Assembly (NCBI GenBank): GCA_028023455.1
Contig: JAQFVV010000007.1
Location: 16,926,001-16,990,000 of the forward strand
DNA: 64,000 nt
DNA from: Epiperipatus broadwayi
Taxonomy: Eukaryota > Animalia > Onychophora
Direction: 5' to 3'
The position numbers and the translations under genes were made by a program. The notes beneath the pieces are model-generated. The model saw nothing but the letters and a program-made list of their open reading frames with translations. It had not been told where the DNA came from and ran no database searches. This document shows, in pieces, positions 27,818 to 43,159 of the stretch. Position 1 is the first letter of the stretch, and each line of letters starts with the position of its first letter.

Positions 27818-28235
27818 GAAGCAAATTCTCCATACAGTAGTGTCACAGTGTAAGCTAGAGTAATCAACGGATGCATAAAATCCCTATCTAGTGCTTACTG
27901 ATCCAATATCCTTAGAGTATTTTTTTAGCTTTTGGATTTCATCAGTGAGGAGTCTTGGATCTGAGAGCACTGCACATACATCTTAGAATTGAATACAACT
28001 CTCTAACAGCTATCATTTAAGTTTTTAGTTAACTATAAAACTATATGTTCAAAATTAAACTAGTCTGGAGATATTGGATGGGTGGGCACTAGATAGGGAA
28101 TTTTACAGAAACCTTTCATCATCGATTAATCATTAAGGTATGCACTGGATTGCATTACTGTATGGAGAGTTTGCTACTTTTTATCAGCTTGTGCAAGCAT
28201 GGAAATAGGTGATCATATGATGTTTAGTGGTTTAA
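27818..28235. mobile_element. Family A inverted pair
   Basis: Minus arm with CTGATGA at 27939-27945 (GAAA lost); plus arm starts at aaactagtctggagat (~28056) and ends gatgtttagtggtttaa. Confidence 0.85.
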
Positions 28236-28706
28236 TAAGAAAAATTGGCATGTTCACTTGCCATGTTCAGAACCTAAGTTTGAATCTGAGTAAAACTTGG
28301 ACTTTTTTCTACATTTTTAAATAATTTCAGAATATTTTTTAAACAGTCATAAAATATCCAACCAGTTATTGCAAAAATAAATAGGCAACTACTCAGTAGA
28401 GTTCATGTGAGACTAAAAAAAAAGTAATTGACAATATTTACCATCAATCAAATTGTATCCAATGGAATATTTTAAATGAAAGCATGACTTTGAAATGATT
28501 TATCAATGTTTCATGTTTTGTATGAGTTTTAAAAAAATTATTTAAATATTTTTTCTGCATTAAAAACAGCATGATTAACAAAATTTGTTATTTCTGTACA
28601 CTTTTTTAACCAAGCTGTTAGTATTGAAATGTTGAATACAGGTTTTAATATTGTGTATTTTTGACATTTCTGATTTTGATCTTTCTATCTTTATTAGTTT
28701 TTAATC

Positions 28707-28815
28707 AATGTGGAGCTTAGTTCAATGGTAGAATGTACTTATCTAAAACATAAGACTCACAGATAAATTTCAGTTGTGACACTTTTGGTGCTCATGTATA
28801 AACAATAAAGCCTTT
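28707..28815 (+). mobile_element. Decayed tRNA-derived SINE
   Basis: A-box-like tagttcaatggtagaatg; body ttcagttgtgacactt and aataaagcc end similar to 32312-32430. Confidence 0.5.
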
Positions 28816-29218
28816 ATTTATTTATTTTAGCAAAAACCAAAATAATTGAATGGTTTATTGCTCAGGAATTCAAAAGAAGTTCAAGATCTGGAAGGATCAG
28901 AGGAGTGGGGTCATAATTTATGGGCATTGACTTCCAGAGTTGATCATTTTATCACTGCATAAATCAGACAGGATAATAAAACTCACAGATACAAATAAAC
29001 TTCTCAGTAAAAAAATATTTATGCAACATTTATCTAAAGATTTAATCATTTTGAAATTACAATAACACTAATATAATATTATAGAGGAGATTGAATCCTA
29101 CTACTATATTGGTAAATGATAATTGTAATAAAAATATTTTTTAATAATCTATGAATGGCATTAGAAAATTTACTGGATCATATAAATTCATTTAGAATAT
29201 GGCATAAAATACTTTATA

Positions 29219-29320
<102 letters not shown>

Positions 29321-32311
29321 GTTGGCCCACATAACTTTACACTTTATTTCTTTGTGACCATGTAATATTAATATCATTTAAGTTCTTTATTATTTTTTAC
29401 AATGCTTTTTACAACCCACTATTGATTGCCTCAGCAATCTTCTTCAGAACTTCTACTTGAAGTATATGCTAATGTCAATATTTCAATTATTATCATACCA
29501 TAGTGGCAAACAAAAGCATAATGTCTTAAAATTGCATTGATTTGATTCAAAAAATTGCTTTCACTGAAGTTTATATAAGACAAAGACATAATTGTGTGAG
29601 AAAACACAATTAGTTATAGATCTCTGTAACAACCAGTTAGACTAAATATATGCATGATATATGAAAAAAACAATTAATATATAAACACTTAGTTTGATAG
29701 GGAAAGAAGTTAAGAAAACTTATAAAATGTAAACATGAAAATGCTATATGTTTAAAAAATGTATATAATTATTCAGATAAGCAATGCTTTTTTTGTTTCC
29801 ATGGATACATGATATTATAATTGGTTATTCTTACTGGAAAGAGTAAAACAGAAAGTCTAGTGACTCTTATTACTAGTATCTGACTATCATGATCAATATT
29901 ATCTTTTATCTTGATGAAGACTTTATCATGATAAACATAGTGTTTGTACCTTGGTGAAGACTTTGTCAAGATAAACATTATGTGTGCACCAATAAAAATA
30001 TGATTGGTGACTCATTCTCTTCACAACATGACTGTAGCAGTATTTCTAAATTAATGTATTTTATATACTAACACAGCTTTGCTGCTCATGTAAAAATTTT
30101 AAATCACTGTCATGTTTGGATCATGAAGCATGCATGATAGGGTGTTTCGTACCTTAACCTATGATAGAACAATATGCTAGCATATTTTGTTTTAAATTAG
30201 ACAAACTTGCTACTAGTGTGATTCAAACTATGTATTCGCATTGAAACCCTAAGTCACAATCAATATTCTGTGATAGCAGAGATAACATTAAAAATGATGT
30301 ATGAAGATATAAAACTTAGTGTTACATTTTATTTTGCAACTAGTGATTCAGATATAATGGTACTTTAAAACTTTTGTGGACATCTAAATTATGACACCAC
30401 ATAATATATGTGCCATTTTAATGATGGTATTGCTGGATGTTTGGAGAGACAACCAGTCATGTTTCTACTGGTGCTCCCTGTGTATAAATGACTGGTTAGT
30501 TTAAATCTCTCTTTTATTTATTGATATTTTTTTTTACCTGATGACAAATTATCACTACTGGAATGTCAACACTTTATTAAACTTATCTACTAATAATAAT
30601 ATTGGGAAGACTATGGATTATAAAGATATCTGATGATGACTGCAGGACAGTCAAAACTGTAAGAGTAAAGTTTTGGTATAAAAATAGTATTGTTAACTGT
30701 ATAAGAAGGTTGGAAATAGTATGATATGTTCCCTTGAACCAAAATATTTTGAACTTTTTGTTAAAAATTAAATTTACAACCATTACCATCATTTCATTTT
30801 TATAAATATAAAAGATACTGTGCAAATGTTGATTTCAATGTGGGTTCTATAATAGAGACACAGAGACTCAATTTCACTTATTTTTTAATGTTAATCTTTT
30901 GAAAGCATATGCTTAGCACTTCAAAGTCTATTAACAAACTGCTAATTGTGTCATACAAACCTTATTTGAATCTTTTTCAAAGAGAGTATTCTCTGAAATT
31001 AGAGTTTCAACATTTATTTTATATGCACTTTGGTGCACCAGCTGCATTTGTTATATAATAATGATTCTCAGAAACACCAAAATACTTTCTGGATTAAATT
31101 AGCGTCAATCGGTGCAAGAGGTGAAAAGATTTCCACACTCAATATTTACTCTGATACCTTGTCCTTATATTAATGCAGCCTCATCTGATACCCTAGCATT
31201 CTATCTACAATTACCAGAAGAAGTATTAAAACATTGTTTTTCTTATTTTTATCAATGTAATATATATTATTATATGTAATTCCTTATACCGTAATGGTAA
31301 GGTTATTGCAAGTGCTATTGCTATCTTAAGTATGTTTATAAAAAGACTTGTAACATTTTCTCAATAAAATGCTTTGAAACATAAGAATAAATGTAATAAA
31401 CAACTGAAATATACTTAACTTAAAATATATTTGAAATTAATATTAGATACTTCCTTTACATATACAAAAACTCTCACAGAATATTTGCCATAAGGTCTCT
31501 CTTTTTTTTTCTTTACCACTGACAATTTGCAAATTTCAGCATCCCTGTTGTCGTTTGCAATTTCCATTAGCAATTTGTGGAAAATATTAATACTGCAAAG
31601 CAATTTTTTTGTCGCGAAAATGGTAAATAGGCACAGCATTTGCTGGGATGTGACTACTTCTATCCTGAAGGTGAGCGATTCATTACATTATTATAATACA
31701 GTACTTTTATTTTATGGCTTCATCTTATTAAAACTAGATACTCAATTACGGTTCAATAATGGAATTATTATTTGTGTCAGCTTTTCAATAGCTATCTAGA
31801 AAAAAAATACAGGCATGCTTAGAAATCCCCAACTATTTAAAAAAAATGTATCAGTATTCGAATCCCAGTCGTATGGAAGATGGAGTGCTAGCGAATACAA
31901 TTCGAGCCTTTCAATTTTCTGCTGATTTTTATATTCTTTAGATTGTTTTCATACGGGAAATATTTTTATTTTCTTTTGAACTTCCGAGTCTTTGACGTGT
32001 AAAATTGATTAAGAGTTTCATTCAAGATATGTTTACTTCTATCGAAATTATTTACTTGTATAGATACATCGTCGCATTTAAAACGTTAAAAAAAAAAGAA
32101 TATCATCAATTTTGAAGCCCATTTTTTGATTTTATTATAAATAGTAGTTTTTTTAGTTTGATTTGTTTTTACTACTTTTTTATATTCCAGTTTCTATAAA
32201 TAAAGTTTTTTATACAAGTAAATTGCTAATTTTTAAAAGCCTTTTGATTAAATGAAAAATCTAAAATTCATATATATGTATGGGAGTATATACGTTTTTA
32301 ATTTTTCTAAG

Positions 32312-32430
32312 ATGGTTTAGCGCAATGGTGAAATATCAGACGCCAGAGCTAAGATCTTCGGCTCAATTCCAGTTGTGTTACTTCCAAGAGTTCGAACTTC
32401 TTATGAACTCCCGAGAAATAAAACCATTTG
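32312..32430 (+). mobile_element. tRNA-derived SINE-like element
   Basis: A box tagcgcaatgg, B-box-like ggctcaattcc, aataaaacc end; no cloverleaf or anticodon arm supported. Confidence 0.55.
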
Positions 32431-34117
32431 ATTATTGTATATATAATATCAAATGATATAAATATAATAAACAAAATACACTAGAATAACTCTACAAAAT
32501 TAAAAATGCCTATATAAAGTTTAAAAAATAATTCTTTGCTATAGCCAGCTTACAGCTTCTTCCGCCTGGTGGAAGAAGTCGCCTACTAGTCAGTTAAATA
32601 TTAAAATTACCCCAAATTCATAACTCAACCAGACTAACTAAAAAAAACTCTAAAACTGCTACAAGGTTAATAATATTAAAATTTAAGATGCTTTGTGCAG
32701 TGGCATCTGATGTCATTTTATCACTGTCTGTACTTAATCATTAAATGAAAAAAGTTATACCAAAAGAAAGTTTTTATTTCTTATAGGATAGTATTATCAC
32801 TACTAACAATTTTTATTTTCATAGAAACTTTAACATAGTTATTATAAACAGTAAAGGATGTTTCAAAGTAATTGTAAATAATGATATTGACTATCTATTA
32901 TTGTTAAACTTTTGGGTACTTATGTAATATCTTGTCATTCAAGTTTGTTCACTATGTTATTTTGAATTATACATTTTCATGAGCCTACAATAAATGTTGT
33001 AAATAAAATAGCTGACTAGAAGTTATCTTATATAATATTTGCCCTTTTTAAAAATATTACTATAAAAATTAAGAATTACACAAAAATATGACAATCAATT
33101 GCAATTATAATAATTTTAATAATTTAAACTGCAGTAAACAAAATAAGAAATGTGGGTTATTAATGTCAGTAGCCTGAAATCCTTAATGATGCAAAATTGC
33201 CACAGATGTATTTTATTTGTGCATAAACACAGAGATTTTAGGAGAGCAGGATTCTCTATCTTTGGAAATACTCCACTGCATGAACTTCTGTTAATGTAAA
33301 TTCTCAAATTTTAATAATTTTGTGAAAATGTTTCTGAAAAAGGCAAAAAAGCTGAATATAAATGTAAAATGACAATCTTGCACTGAATGTAAAAAAATCA
33401 TAATGATGTTTGGAAAAAAAATTAATTAAAATCTTGTAAATGGAATTTATAAATATTTTTTAAACCTAACATGTAACATGTATTTGGTAAAATAATATTG
33501 ATAAAAAAACAAATACTTATATGCCCCTGAAACTGTATAATTTAAAAAAAACATGGCTGACAAGCTTGGGTGACAGAATAATATGTAAGTATCAATTTTT
33601 TGCCATAATATATGTTTTAACTATTGGAAACAGTTAAAATAGAAAAAAATAATGTGAAGAAATTTAGATATGTCAAGTCTCAAATCAATATATCTTATAT
33701 TAATGTTAAAGTTATGAATTAGAAAATTATATTATTTGAATACTAATAAAGAAAAAGTTTAAATAGCTCATAGATTAGTACACTTCAATGTTAAAATTGC
33801 ATTTAAAATAGATCCATGACAAAGATACTGGTAGGAAGATTTAATGATAGCTTTCTCAACAACTATTTAAACACAAACTTTCAATTTGGATTTCTAAATT
33901 GGTTATACTACTGAGGCCTCAAATTCTCTAAAGCAGTATGTTATGGTTACTAGTATGTTAATGGGTTCAATATAAAACTTGACATAATATTTTTATTTTG
34001 GGTTTGTTAAAAATAAAGATCTTTTTAATAACTGAATTAAAAGATAACATAGTATTCTCTGTTTCATTGATAAATGAAATAAAATGGTATGCATTTTGTA
34101 AAGTGTAAAAGTAAATG

Positions 34118-34400
34118 TGATAACATGTTAGACTATTTCCATCATCTATCAGTAAATGTTGAATGTATAGAAAATCTTAAACTTATTTAAACTCTTCAAA
34201 TACAAATAACATGTTAGTAATAACACACAAATAGACAACACAGGTTAGTGTGTTATTACTAACAAGTTGATTGTATTTGAAAAGTTTAAATAAAATGTAA
34301 ATTTTTTTATGTATTCAATATTTAGTGATAGATGGTGGAAATAGTCCAACATATTATCATATCTAATATACTATCATCACATACTTTCAGGAAAATATAA
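34118..34400. mobile_element. Family E fold-back pair
   Basis: gactatttccatcatctatca...tgttagtaataacaca / tgtgttattactaaca...gatagatggtggaaatagtc; homologous to 62340-62935. Confidence 0.85.
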
Positions 34401-34437
34401 AAGTAAATGTTCAATGACCCACAAGAAGGCTTAAATC

Positions 34438-34500
34438 AGCGGTCCCCAACCTTTTTGCACTTAAGAGCACATTCTATAATACCGTCCAGGTGGTGGGAAC
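34438..34500 (+). mobile_element. hAT-type terminal fragment
   Basis: cagcggtccccaaccttttt resembles a Charlie-type hAT terminus. Confidence 0.35.
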
Positions 34501-34867
34501 CATTTATTTTTTCAATGTAAATTTATAGTTGGATATTGTTAATAATACACATAAGGTACAAAAAAATATTTATTTCAAAAATAAAATTTTAACATATAAT
34601 TAACATTTATATTTTATGCTGTAAAAGTATAGTATGTCCTACACTTTGATTACAATATAATGCAATAATTTATAAGAAATTTTAAAAATTAAATTTATTT
34701 GTCTCAGATAAATAGTTTTTATAGTTGTTTAATAATTCATTATTACATTCTACAGATAATGATAATGGGTACAGATAATAATCTCAGATTCTTGAATATT
34801 AAATAATTCAATTATAAAGAATACTAATTTTGCAATGAGAATCTAAAATAATATGTTAATATATGAA

Positions 34868-35391
34868 TTTTTTCTACAGTACAGGCTTTTTCATACTTGC
34901 ACTCCAATATGTAATATATAGGGGGTTTGAACTCAGACTTTCACATGAACCTCAACTATTCATGATATCTCATATTGCTGACACACTTGATCACACACAT
35001 GTCAAAAGATATGTATGTAAATAGATTATGTCCTGTACATGAGGGGTCTGAGAAATGGATAGAATAAGAAGGTTGGCACCAATGTGGGTTTTGAACATGT
35101 CATCATCAGATTTTCGATGAAATGGGTGAGTGAAGGGTTATGAGGTGGAGCGGATTGAAGCCTGTTCATTAAAGTATGAAGATTGGCTATCTTATTATAA
35201 ACTGAGCATTGATTGTATATATATGTGGAGTTGATAATCTGAACCAACTGACAAGTGCTGGTTTAGCACTAAATACCTGTATTGGTGATTTTCATCTTTT
35301 CAACATGTATGTGATCAAGTGTGTCAGCAGTATAAGATAGCGTGGATAGTTGAGGGTCATGTGAAAGTCTGAGTTCAAACCCTCTATATAC
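34868..35391. mobile_element. Family C inverted pair with ~90-bp arms, internal HHR (35243-35286, +) and tRNA-like boxes
   Basis: accaa-CTGACAA-gtgctg gtt tagcac-TAAA-TACCTGTA-ttggt; downstream tagcgtggatag (A-box-like) and gagttcaaaccc (B-box-like). Confidence 0.85.
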
Positions 35392-36982
35392 TAAAATAAT
35401 ATGACCAGCAATAATAGCAATGAGACTCTTAGTTTTTTAAAAGCTTATCAACACTTTCTTTTTTTATAATGAAGTATAGGTTTAACATAATATTGGCTAG
35501 CAAGGATTAATTTTTATTTTTGGTTTCTTCTATCATTAACTAAATAAAATCAAGTTTTCTTAAAATTTAAAATAATTATCCAACAAACGCAAAGTTAAAG
35601 TGATGCAGCAGATAAAATGGCATTTTGTTGTATCAGATGCATGAATTATATCACTGTGACACCCTTGAAATAATATGCGCTCATCACTTTTACTGTTCAA
35701 ATAAATTTTCTGACATATGGATGTGATAAATGGCAACGGACACAGAAACGTAATTAGAGAATAAAATAAATATTTATTACATAAACTAAATATATTTTCT
35801 TTAGTTTACAATTTAACAAAAAAATAAATTATTTACTATTACTATTTACAATAAAAATAAATTAAAGAAACCTTTACATCAAGTAATACATAAGTCAGAT
35901 ATAATCCACATATAATATACTATATCTGTGAAATATTCAGATTATACAAATAAATAAATAAAGAGAAACCTCCTACAGTTTGAATTTAATAATCAGTGAT
36001 ACATACTAAAGTTAATTAGCGCATCTGAACGTACGAATAATAATACAATTGTAGCTAGTAATATAATAAAATATATTTACATTGAAATTATCGTACAAAA
36101 TCTTAATATATAATTTATCATCTAAACGAAATAATATAAAGAAATACGCTATATTAGACTTGGGTAAACAATGCTGGTGGAGTAGAGGAATACAATCTTA
36201 ATACTTTACTTAACACACAATTATTTGAAAATACATGATGAGGAGTAGAAATATAATAATACAAATGCCTTTTATAATACACAAATTGGAATACCTAAAT
36301 ATTTATGGGCAGTGGTAATGAGACAACAAGCCTACACTAAAGTGGGAAGAGCAATACTGGCTCAATACTACACGTATAAAAATGCCCCATTAGTATCCAC
36401 CGCTAACATAAGGGAAGGCCAAACAAATAATATCTAAGTAAAATGAGAAATCACCAACATAGTTGCCACAATAAATACACGACTATGAGCGGAAATACCT
36501 ATAATGAAAAGAAAGGCATTGAGATAACAATTACATGGCAATTCTTAAATCACATCTACTCCTATTTATGAGGCATATAGCAAAATAAAGTATAATCGAA
36601 AGACCAATACTAACGTATGCTTTAGCATAAATAAGTAGTTAATTTTAAATTTATGATAATAATAATAGAAATTATATACCAATTCAAGGCAAAATATACA
36701 ATGTATATTAAAGTAGTGACTCTATTCTTGTAATCTTTTATAAAACATACATAAATCCCCAGCTGTGACCTTTCAAAATATTATAAACATGAATACAAAT
36801 ATTTATATATATCACCTTTAAATATATGGTTATATTTGTCAGACATACCTAAATAAAGGGTAACATAACATGAAATTGACAAATATTAAATGCGCATAAC
36901 ATTTCAAACATTACAATAGTAAAACATAAAAGAAAAAAATCTCAAGCAGTCTTTTCTTTTTCTATTAAATAAAATGATTTTC

Positions 36983-37312
36983 AGACAAAGTCTAAATTCT
37001 CCATACAGTTGCACTACTCAGTGCAAGCCAAAATAATCAATGGATGCAAGAAACTTTGTGCATGAATCCCCATCTAGTGTCTACTCATTTCATATTCCCA
37101 GACTAGTTTCTAGCTTGTGGCTTTTATCAGTGAGGAGCCTTGGATCTGAGAGCACTGAGTAGACACTAGATTGGGATTTTATGCACAAACCTTGTATCCA
37201 TTGATTACTCTGGCTTGCACTGAGTGGCAACTACTGTATGCAGAGTTTAGCATCTGTGTAAACAGCTTGTGTAAGCAAAAAGAATGATGATCATGTGATG
37301 TTTAGTGGTTTA
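36983..37312. mobile_element. Family A inverted pair; minus-strand HHR at 37094-37137 (G8A)
   Basis: ctcctca-CTGATAA-aagc cacaa gcta-GAAA-CTAGTC-tgggaat. Confidence 0.9.
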
Positions 37313-38867
37313 AATTGATTTTCCTGACTTGCAAACTTGATCTCTTTAATCCTGTTTCTTATTTAAGGGCTCATTTCAAGAATGATTCCAAATGATTATG
37401 TATACATCCTCACTAGAAGATTGGAGATTGTCCATAATAATGAATTTGCATTTGCTAAAATAATACAACAGGATGTTGATTTTTTTTTAAATATAAAAAA
37501 AATCATGTTGAATTTATAATGAAAAGGATCCTTTATCAGCATGTCACAACTTTGCAAAGATTAAAGTAATCATTTAAATTAAAGAAGAAATTGGATATAT
37601 CTCACATCCAAACAAAAGGGCTCTATACTTTATATAGGCAGACTACAATCATGATTGATAAGTTATAAATGCATAATATAAGTGAGTTGTATTAAATAAG
37701 TTTCAACCATATGTCAGAGTGAGCACATAAGTATGATAAATTCATTATAGACTAATATGTATATTTAAATCTAATTATTTTCCAGAATAAAATACTATGA
37801 AATAGAGCATATATTTAAATACAATGTGAAAAAATATATATATATATAATAAATATAAATATTTAATTATAATTTATAATGAGCTATAAACACCTTGGCC
37901 ATAGATTAATCAAGTATAATCAATATAGTTCATGGCACAATAATACAATAAGTTTCTAATCTCAGATAAGATGTTATAATATGACTGAATAGAATTGAAA
38001 AAATTTACAAGATAATAAGACATATAATACCTCGAATTGCATTGTCAAAGTTTCAGCTCCTGTCTCTACAGAAAAGTTGCATTCTTTTCCTCCATTTGTA
38101 GAAATTTAGTGAGATTAAAATAAAATAGCATAAGTTTGCTCAGACAAGTTTCTTATTAGCAGCACATATTGTCTTGTTTTTCAAAACAAAACTTAATTAA
38201 CTTGTTGTAGAATTCGGCAAACAAAATAATATTAGTGTAACCAATTTATAGTGATGGTGAAAAAGTGACCATTATGCTTTCAAAACTGACTTTTATACTT
38301 TTTTGAGAGTAACATGTGATTCCAATTATGGCAATTAACAAAAGAGGGGTTATTACAATTGACAGGAATCTAGAATATTTGCATCAGAAATGATTTACAT
38401 ATAATTTTTAATAAATACAGAGAAAAGTGATTTTAAGTTGTTTTTTTTTTAAAAATACAATTATTTATAAATTAAAATATTTGAAATTAAAGTTATCTAC
38501 CTTTGAATGCTAATAAAGAGAAAAAAACTATTTTTTTTTCTTAATAAGAATTTAACAACAGATAAATTTATGAAAGTTAGGCTTAACTTCTCAAAATTAG
38601 TATTTCGGGAGATAGCATTCTTGGTATTGAAATATTCGTAAACAAATAAAAAATACAACTATACAGCTTTAGATGCATAAAATAGAGCATTAAGTTATTC
38701 AATTAAGTTAATAGCGATAACATGGCCACCATTTTAGAATTACAATTTAAAAAAAAAAATTTCGATACTAAATTGTACCTGTATTTATTTTCTAGGCAAA
38801 TTAAATGGTAACAATATATATGTCACCTGATATATGTATTTATGATTTGAGAAAGAAGCGGTGAGGA

Positions 38868-39228
38868 AAATACTTATTATTGTACTGAAACATCAGCTAT
38901 TTAGCTATTATATATTTTTTATTACATAAAAACTCCTGGAAATAATACTATGAATTCATCATTTATTTCTGAGAATATTAGAATTAATATTATTAATCTT
39001 TATGGAAATCATTTATTTACAGAATGGAGGTACTTTGAAGAATTTATGTAAAGAAAGAAAAATCTTTATAACACATTTTTAGATTTAAGAAAGAAGAAAT
39101 TCTGAGAAAAGTACTTGTTTTACTGAAATGTCAGCTATTTACCTATTATATATTTTTATTACATGGAAGTTCCCAGAAATAAATGTTTTGAATTCATCAT
39201 TTATCTATAGGAATATTAGAATTAATAT
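38868..39228. repeat. Direct duplication of ~120 bp, period ~240 bp
   Basis: tactgaaacatcagctattt...gaattcatcatttat...gaatattagaattaata at ~38885 and ~39120. Confidence 0.8.
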
Positions 39229-40070
39229 ATATAGCAAGACACAAAGCACAAATGATAACCTTTATTAAGCCCTTTTTTTCATGTTCTTTAACTTGCCTTC
39301 TTTTTCAAACTACTTGAGAGGTGTTTGTCTGAAGGTTTGTGATATATTAGTAATTATATGTTGGACTTTTCGATATGCACTCTGTAGTAAGAAGTTACCT
39401 TTTACCTATGCTGCTGATTTCAGACTTTATAAGATAGCACTGTTGAAGTAATTTAATATTAAGTGATATCTATAATAAAGAAGTGAAATCAGGAACTCCA
39501 CTTCCACATGAATATGACTTTTACAACTCCAAGATAAAAAAGGTAATGACAAAAAATATAGATAATAATTGCAATGACTACACAAATTAACCTATGAACC
39601 ATAAATATATCCATATAAGGACAAGCTGGTCTATTACTTTGTTTAATTAATATTTTGCAAGGCTGCCTTTTAATTTCTGCCGCAAACTTTTTTTCCTGAA
39701 TTGTCACCCACATCTTCACAATGAAAACGGTTGATATTGCACTTCTTTAGAATGTCTTCAATCAAATCATCACAGCAATAATAGAACCTATTTCTCCCAT
39801 ACAACCATTGCCTTATGTTCACCATAAAAATGCTATTTTAAGAAAGCTTCATATTGTTCAGTTACTTTGAATCCTAAACTAATGTTGATGTGATTTTACA
39901 ATGGAGGACAGATCTAAATAATTGAAAAATATATTGGTTTGTCTTATGATCTTGGCATTATATTTTTTTAAATGTTACAGAGCATTCTTATATTAAACTT
40001 TTATAATGCTTTATATCATATTGGTAACACATCCAAGTTTTACTTTCATACAATAAATTAGTATATAAAC

Positions 40071-40299
40071 TTTTCTACAGTACAGGCTTTTTTATATCTG
40101 CACTCCAATATGTAATATATAGAGGACTTGAATTCAGATTTTCACATGATCCTCAACTATCCATGCTATCTCATACTGCTAATACACTTGATCACACACA
40201 TGTCAAAAAAATAAATAATCAAGGGTATCAGCAGTATGAGATAGCATGGATAATTAAGGGTCATGTGAAAATATGAGTTCAAGCCCCCTATATATTACA
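40071..40299. mobile_element. Family C inverted pair (arms only)
   Basis: ggacttgaattcagattttcacatga...ctatctcatactgct / agcagtatgagatag...tgagttcaagcccc; left flank shared with 34868. Confidence 0.85.
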
Positions 40300-40476
40300 A
40301 TACATTAGGTAAAATATCAATTATATACAGTTAATTTAGATTCAGCATTTATGTTCTTTCAATTAAATACTGTATATTTTAATTTTTTAAATGCAGTAAT
40401 ACATTGGAGTCTGTATTGCCCCTTAATATTTTATTCCATCTTTCTACTTATAAAACTGCCAAGATATTTAATTTGG

Positions 40477-40640
40477 CCACTAAACATCACATGATCACAA
40501 TACTTTATGCTTATGTAAGCTGTTTACACAGAGTCTAAACTCTCCATAGCACCACTCAGTTCACAAGCCTTCCTGCATCCATTAATTACTCTGGCTTGCA
40601 CTGAGTGGCACTACTGTATGGAGAGTTTAGCCTCTGTGTA
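40477..40640. mobile_element. Family A short inverted pair
   Basis: ccactaaacatcacatgatc...aaactctccata / tatggagagtttagcctctgtgta. Confidence 0.85.
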
Positions 40641-40869
40641 ATATTTAATTTGCCTTATATTCTCAAGTAACTATCCAAGACAAAAATAATTAAGAATATT
40701 TTTTCCATCACTATTTGATAAAAAAAACTTGAATGTTTTAAACATTAATTATTAAAGCAAAGTCTTTATTGCATTGAAAGCATTAAATTACATTATGTAG
40801 ATTGTCTTTTAGACTAGTAATAATTGCACAATTATTAGCATACTTCACTTTTAATTGATTTAAATTAAA

Positions 40870-41450
40870 AATTCCATCACTTAACCTTTATTGCATCTTG
40901 ATTCTCTATTACTAAATCATCTGCAAACAGTTCTTCAATCCATCATAAAAATTTTAAATAATATTAGAGCAAGTACTCAAATATGCTTAACTCCAATTTT
41001 GATTTCAAATGCATCAAATTTTCTACCTGAGATAATAACACATCCTCTAATTCCATCATGTATAAGCTACATAATAAGAATAAACTTCGAGGAATTGCCA
41101 GCTAACTCCAAACAATGACATATACTTGTTCAATTAATTGAGTCAAAAACTTTGACTCAATTTTCTTGCATTTTGTGGCAACAAAAAGCATAGACGTAGT
41201 GCTTTTTGCATCTCTAAAACCACACTGAATGGGATAATCATAAAATTGTGACTGAAATTAACCTATTCAATAAAATCTTTGCACATAATGGAATATAACA
41301 AAGTGCAAAAAATTATGTATACCGATATTAATCCTTAATAGCAATAATAATTAGCATGCTTCATGTCGACATTTGTACCTGGATATAATAAGGATCATGG
41401 ATAAGTGATAATCTTGTAATTATTAAAATGATCAACTCATATGCCATGTA
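40870..41450 (-). pseudogene. RTE-type RT fragment
   Basis: Minus strand gives CGFRDAKSTTSMLFVA, EIKIGVKH..LALILFKIF and ELFADDLVI. Confidence 0.75.
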
Positions 41451-43159
41451 TACTAGCCCTAAATAAAATATTGATACATAAAGTTAATAATGTGTGTTGA
41501 CTTTAAAGATGACTTTTATCATTACTACAGAATTGTTATTTATAACATACCTCTTTATTTCCTAGGTTCCACCCTTTTAATTTAAAAAAGATTTATATAG
41601 GATCCTCGTATATTTTGTCATTAACCAATTCTAGCTATCTGGATACCAAATGACCACTATATATTAATATATAAGTAAACTGAATAAAAAATTTAAAATT
41701 GCATATTAACATACCAACTTATCTATAATAGTATGACGATTTCTAGTTTAAATATGTTTGGACTGTTCCCTTTATGCAAAATAGAGTCATTCATTATTAA
41801 ATTGTAATTTTGAAATAAACAGATCTATTAATAAATAGTTTGTAATTGAATCTTTATTGACAAGTTCATGTAATCTATGAGCTTACAATAGTAAAGACAG
41901 AAAAATCACAAATGAGAAATGTAGATACAAAAATTAGAATCTGTATTCAGTAATTCAAGACTCATTATTATGACACAGTATCTTGGGTAACAATATATAA
42001 AAAAATAGATTTTGTTGTTCTTAAATATTTTGCTTAAAGTTACAAAGAAATATGAAAGATCTTTAAAAGTGGTGTTTTCATTGAAAGCATTTGCTTTGGT
42101 TTGGATTTTCTTCCCAATGGAAAAATAAAATTGCTTCCCCTCTAATCTCATCTCAACCCATTGCTGTCACTAAAGCAATTTTTTCTACTTCTCTTTGAAT
42201 TCTCTTTAGAATATCTAATGTGATATTTTATTCTTATATGTCAAAACTAACATGGCAAGCTCTTTCTTATGAAGTGGGTTATTATTAAATGTATCCACTT
42301 ATTAAATAAACTGATTTTTATTGAATGTAGATTATATTTCTTATATAATACACCTGATGTTGTGGATAGTTAAGTGGTTTTATAAATGGTAGTCATATGA
42401 TAACATCTTTTACATCTCTAAATCATGAACATTCAACCTGTTGTCAAGGCAGTGTCTAAAAGTAAAAGATGGAGTTCACTTTTCACACAGTTTATGATCT
42501 TAATATAGATAAAGAGAGATGACACCAGACTTTATTAGTTTATACAAAATCAGATTTAGAATCTGATATGTACAAGAGTCACATTGATCTAAGCTGGCTT
42601 TACACTCATTAATAAAAGTTTTAGAAAATAATATAAACTCAAAATGTTAAGCATAACAAAGAGTTCATCATTCTAAATATAATAAACTGTTATTATTAAT
42701 ACTGCAACTAGTGGTGTGCTAGTTATATTCCATAAATTAACTCATAGATACAAATATGGAAGCTTCTTGCATTCTACTACTTGTTCCTCAGTCTTGATAC
42801 ATGCACTCATAATTCTTTATAATAATGATTATAATGCTGCATTTTTCTTCACTGAGCTCTTTATTAACTTTTTATTATAATGCTCTCTTTGGCATATTGC
42901 ACTATTCCTGCGCTGCTGTTTTGCAAGCACTGTAGTGCTAGTATTAACCACTCTCACATGATTCTAGATAGTTAATTTTGTTTTACATAATCTAATTTAC
43001 ATAAATAGTTTCAATATTGTCTCCTTACAAATTAGCATATCTTGTTTATTTTTGTATTTACATAATTTTACTTATTATACATATTAACGTTGTCTAGAAT
43101 GAATTTTTAATGTCTTTTAAAATTGACTAATTTTATATGCTCATATCCATGCGACTTTA

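Noticed and set aside
39600-39800. Minus-strand open stretch VLYCCDDLIEDILKKCNINRFHCED
   Set aside because: No family recognised and no clear splice donor; may be a transposase remnant.
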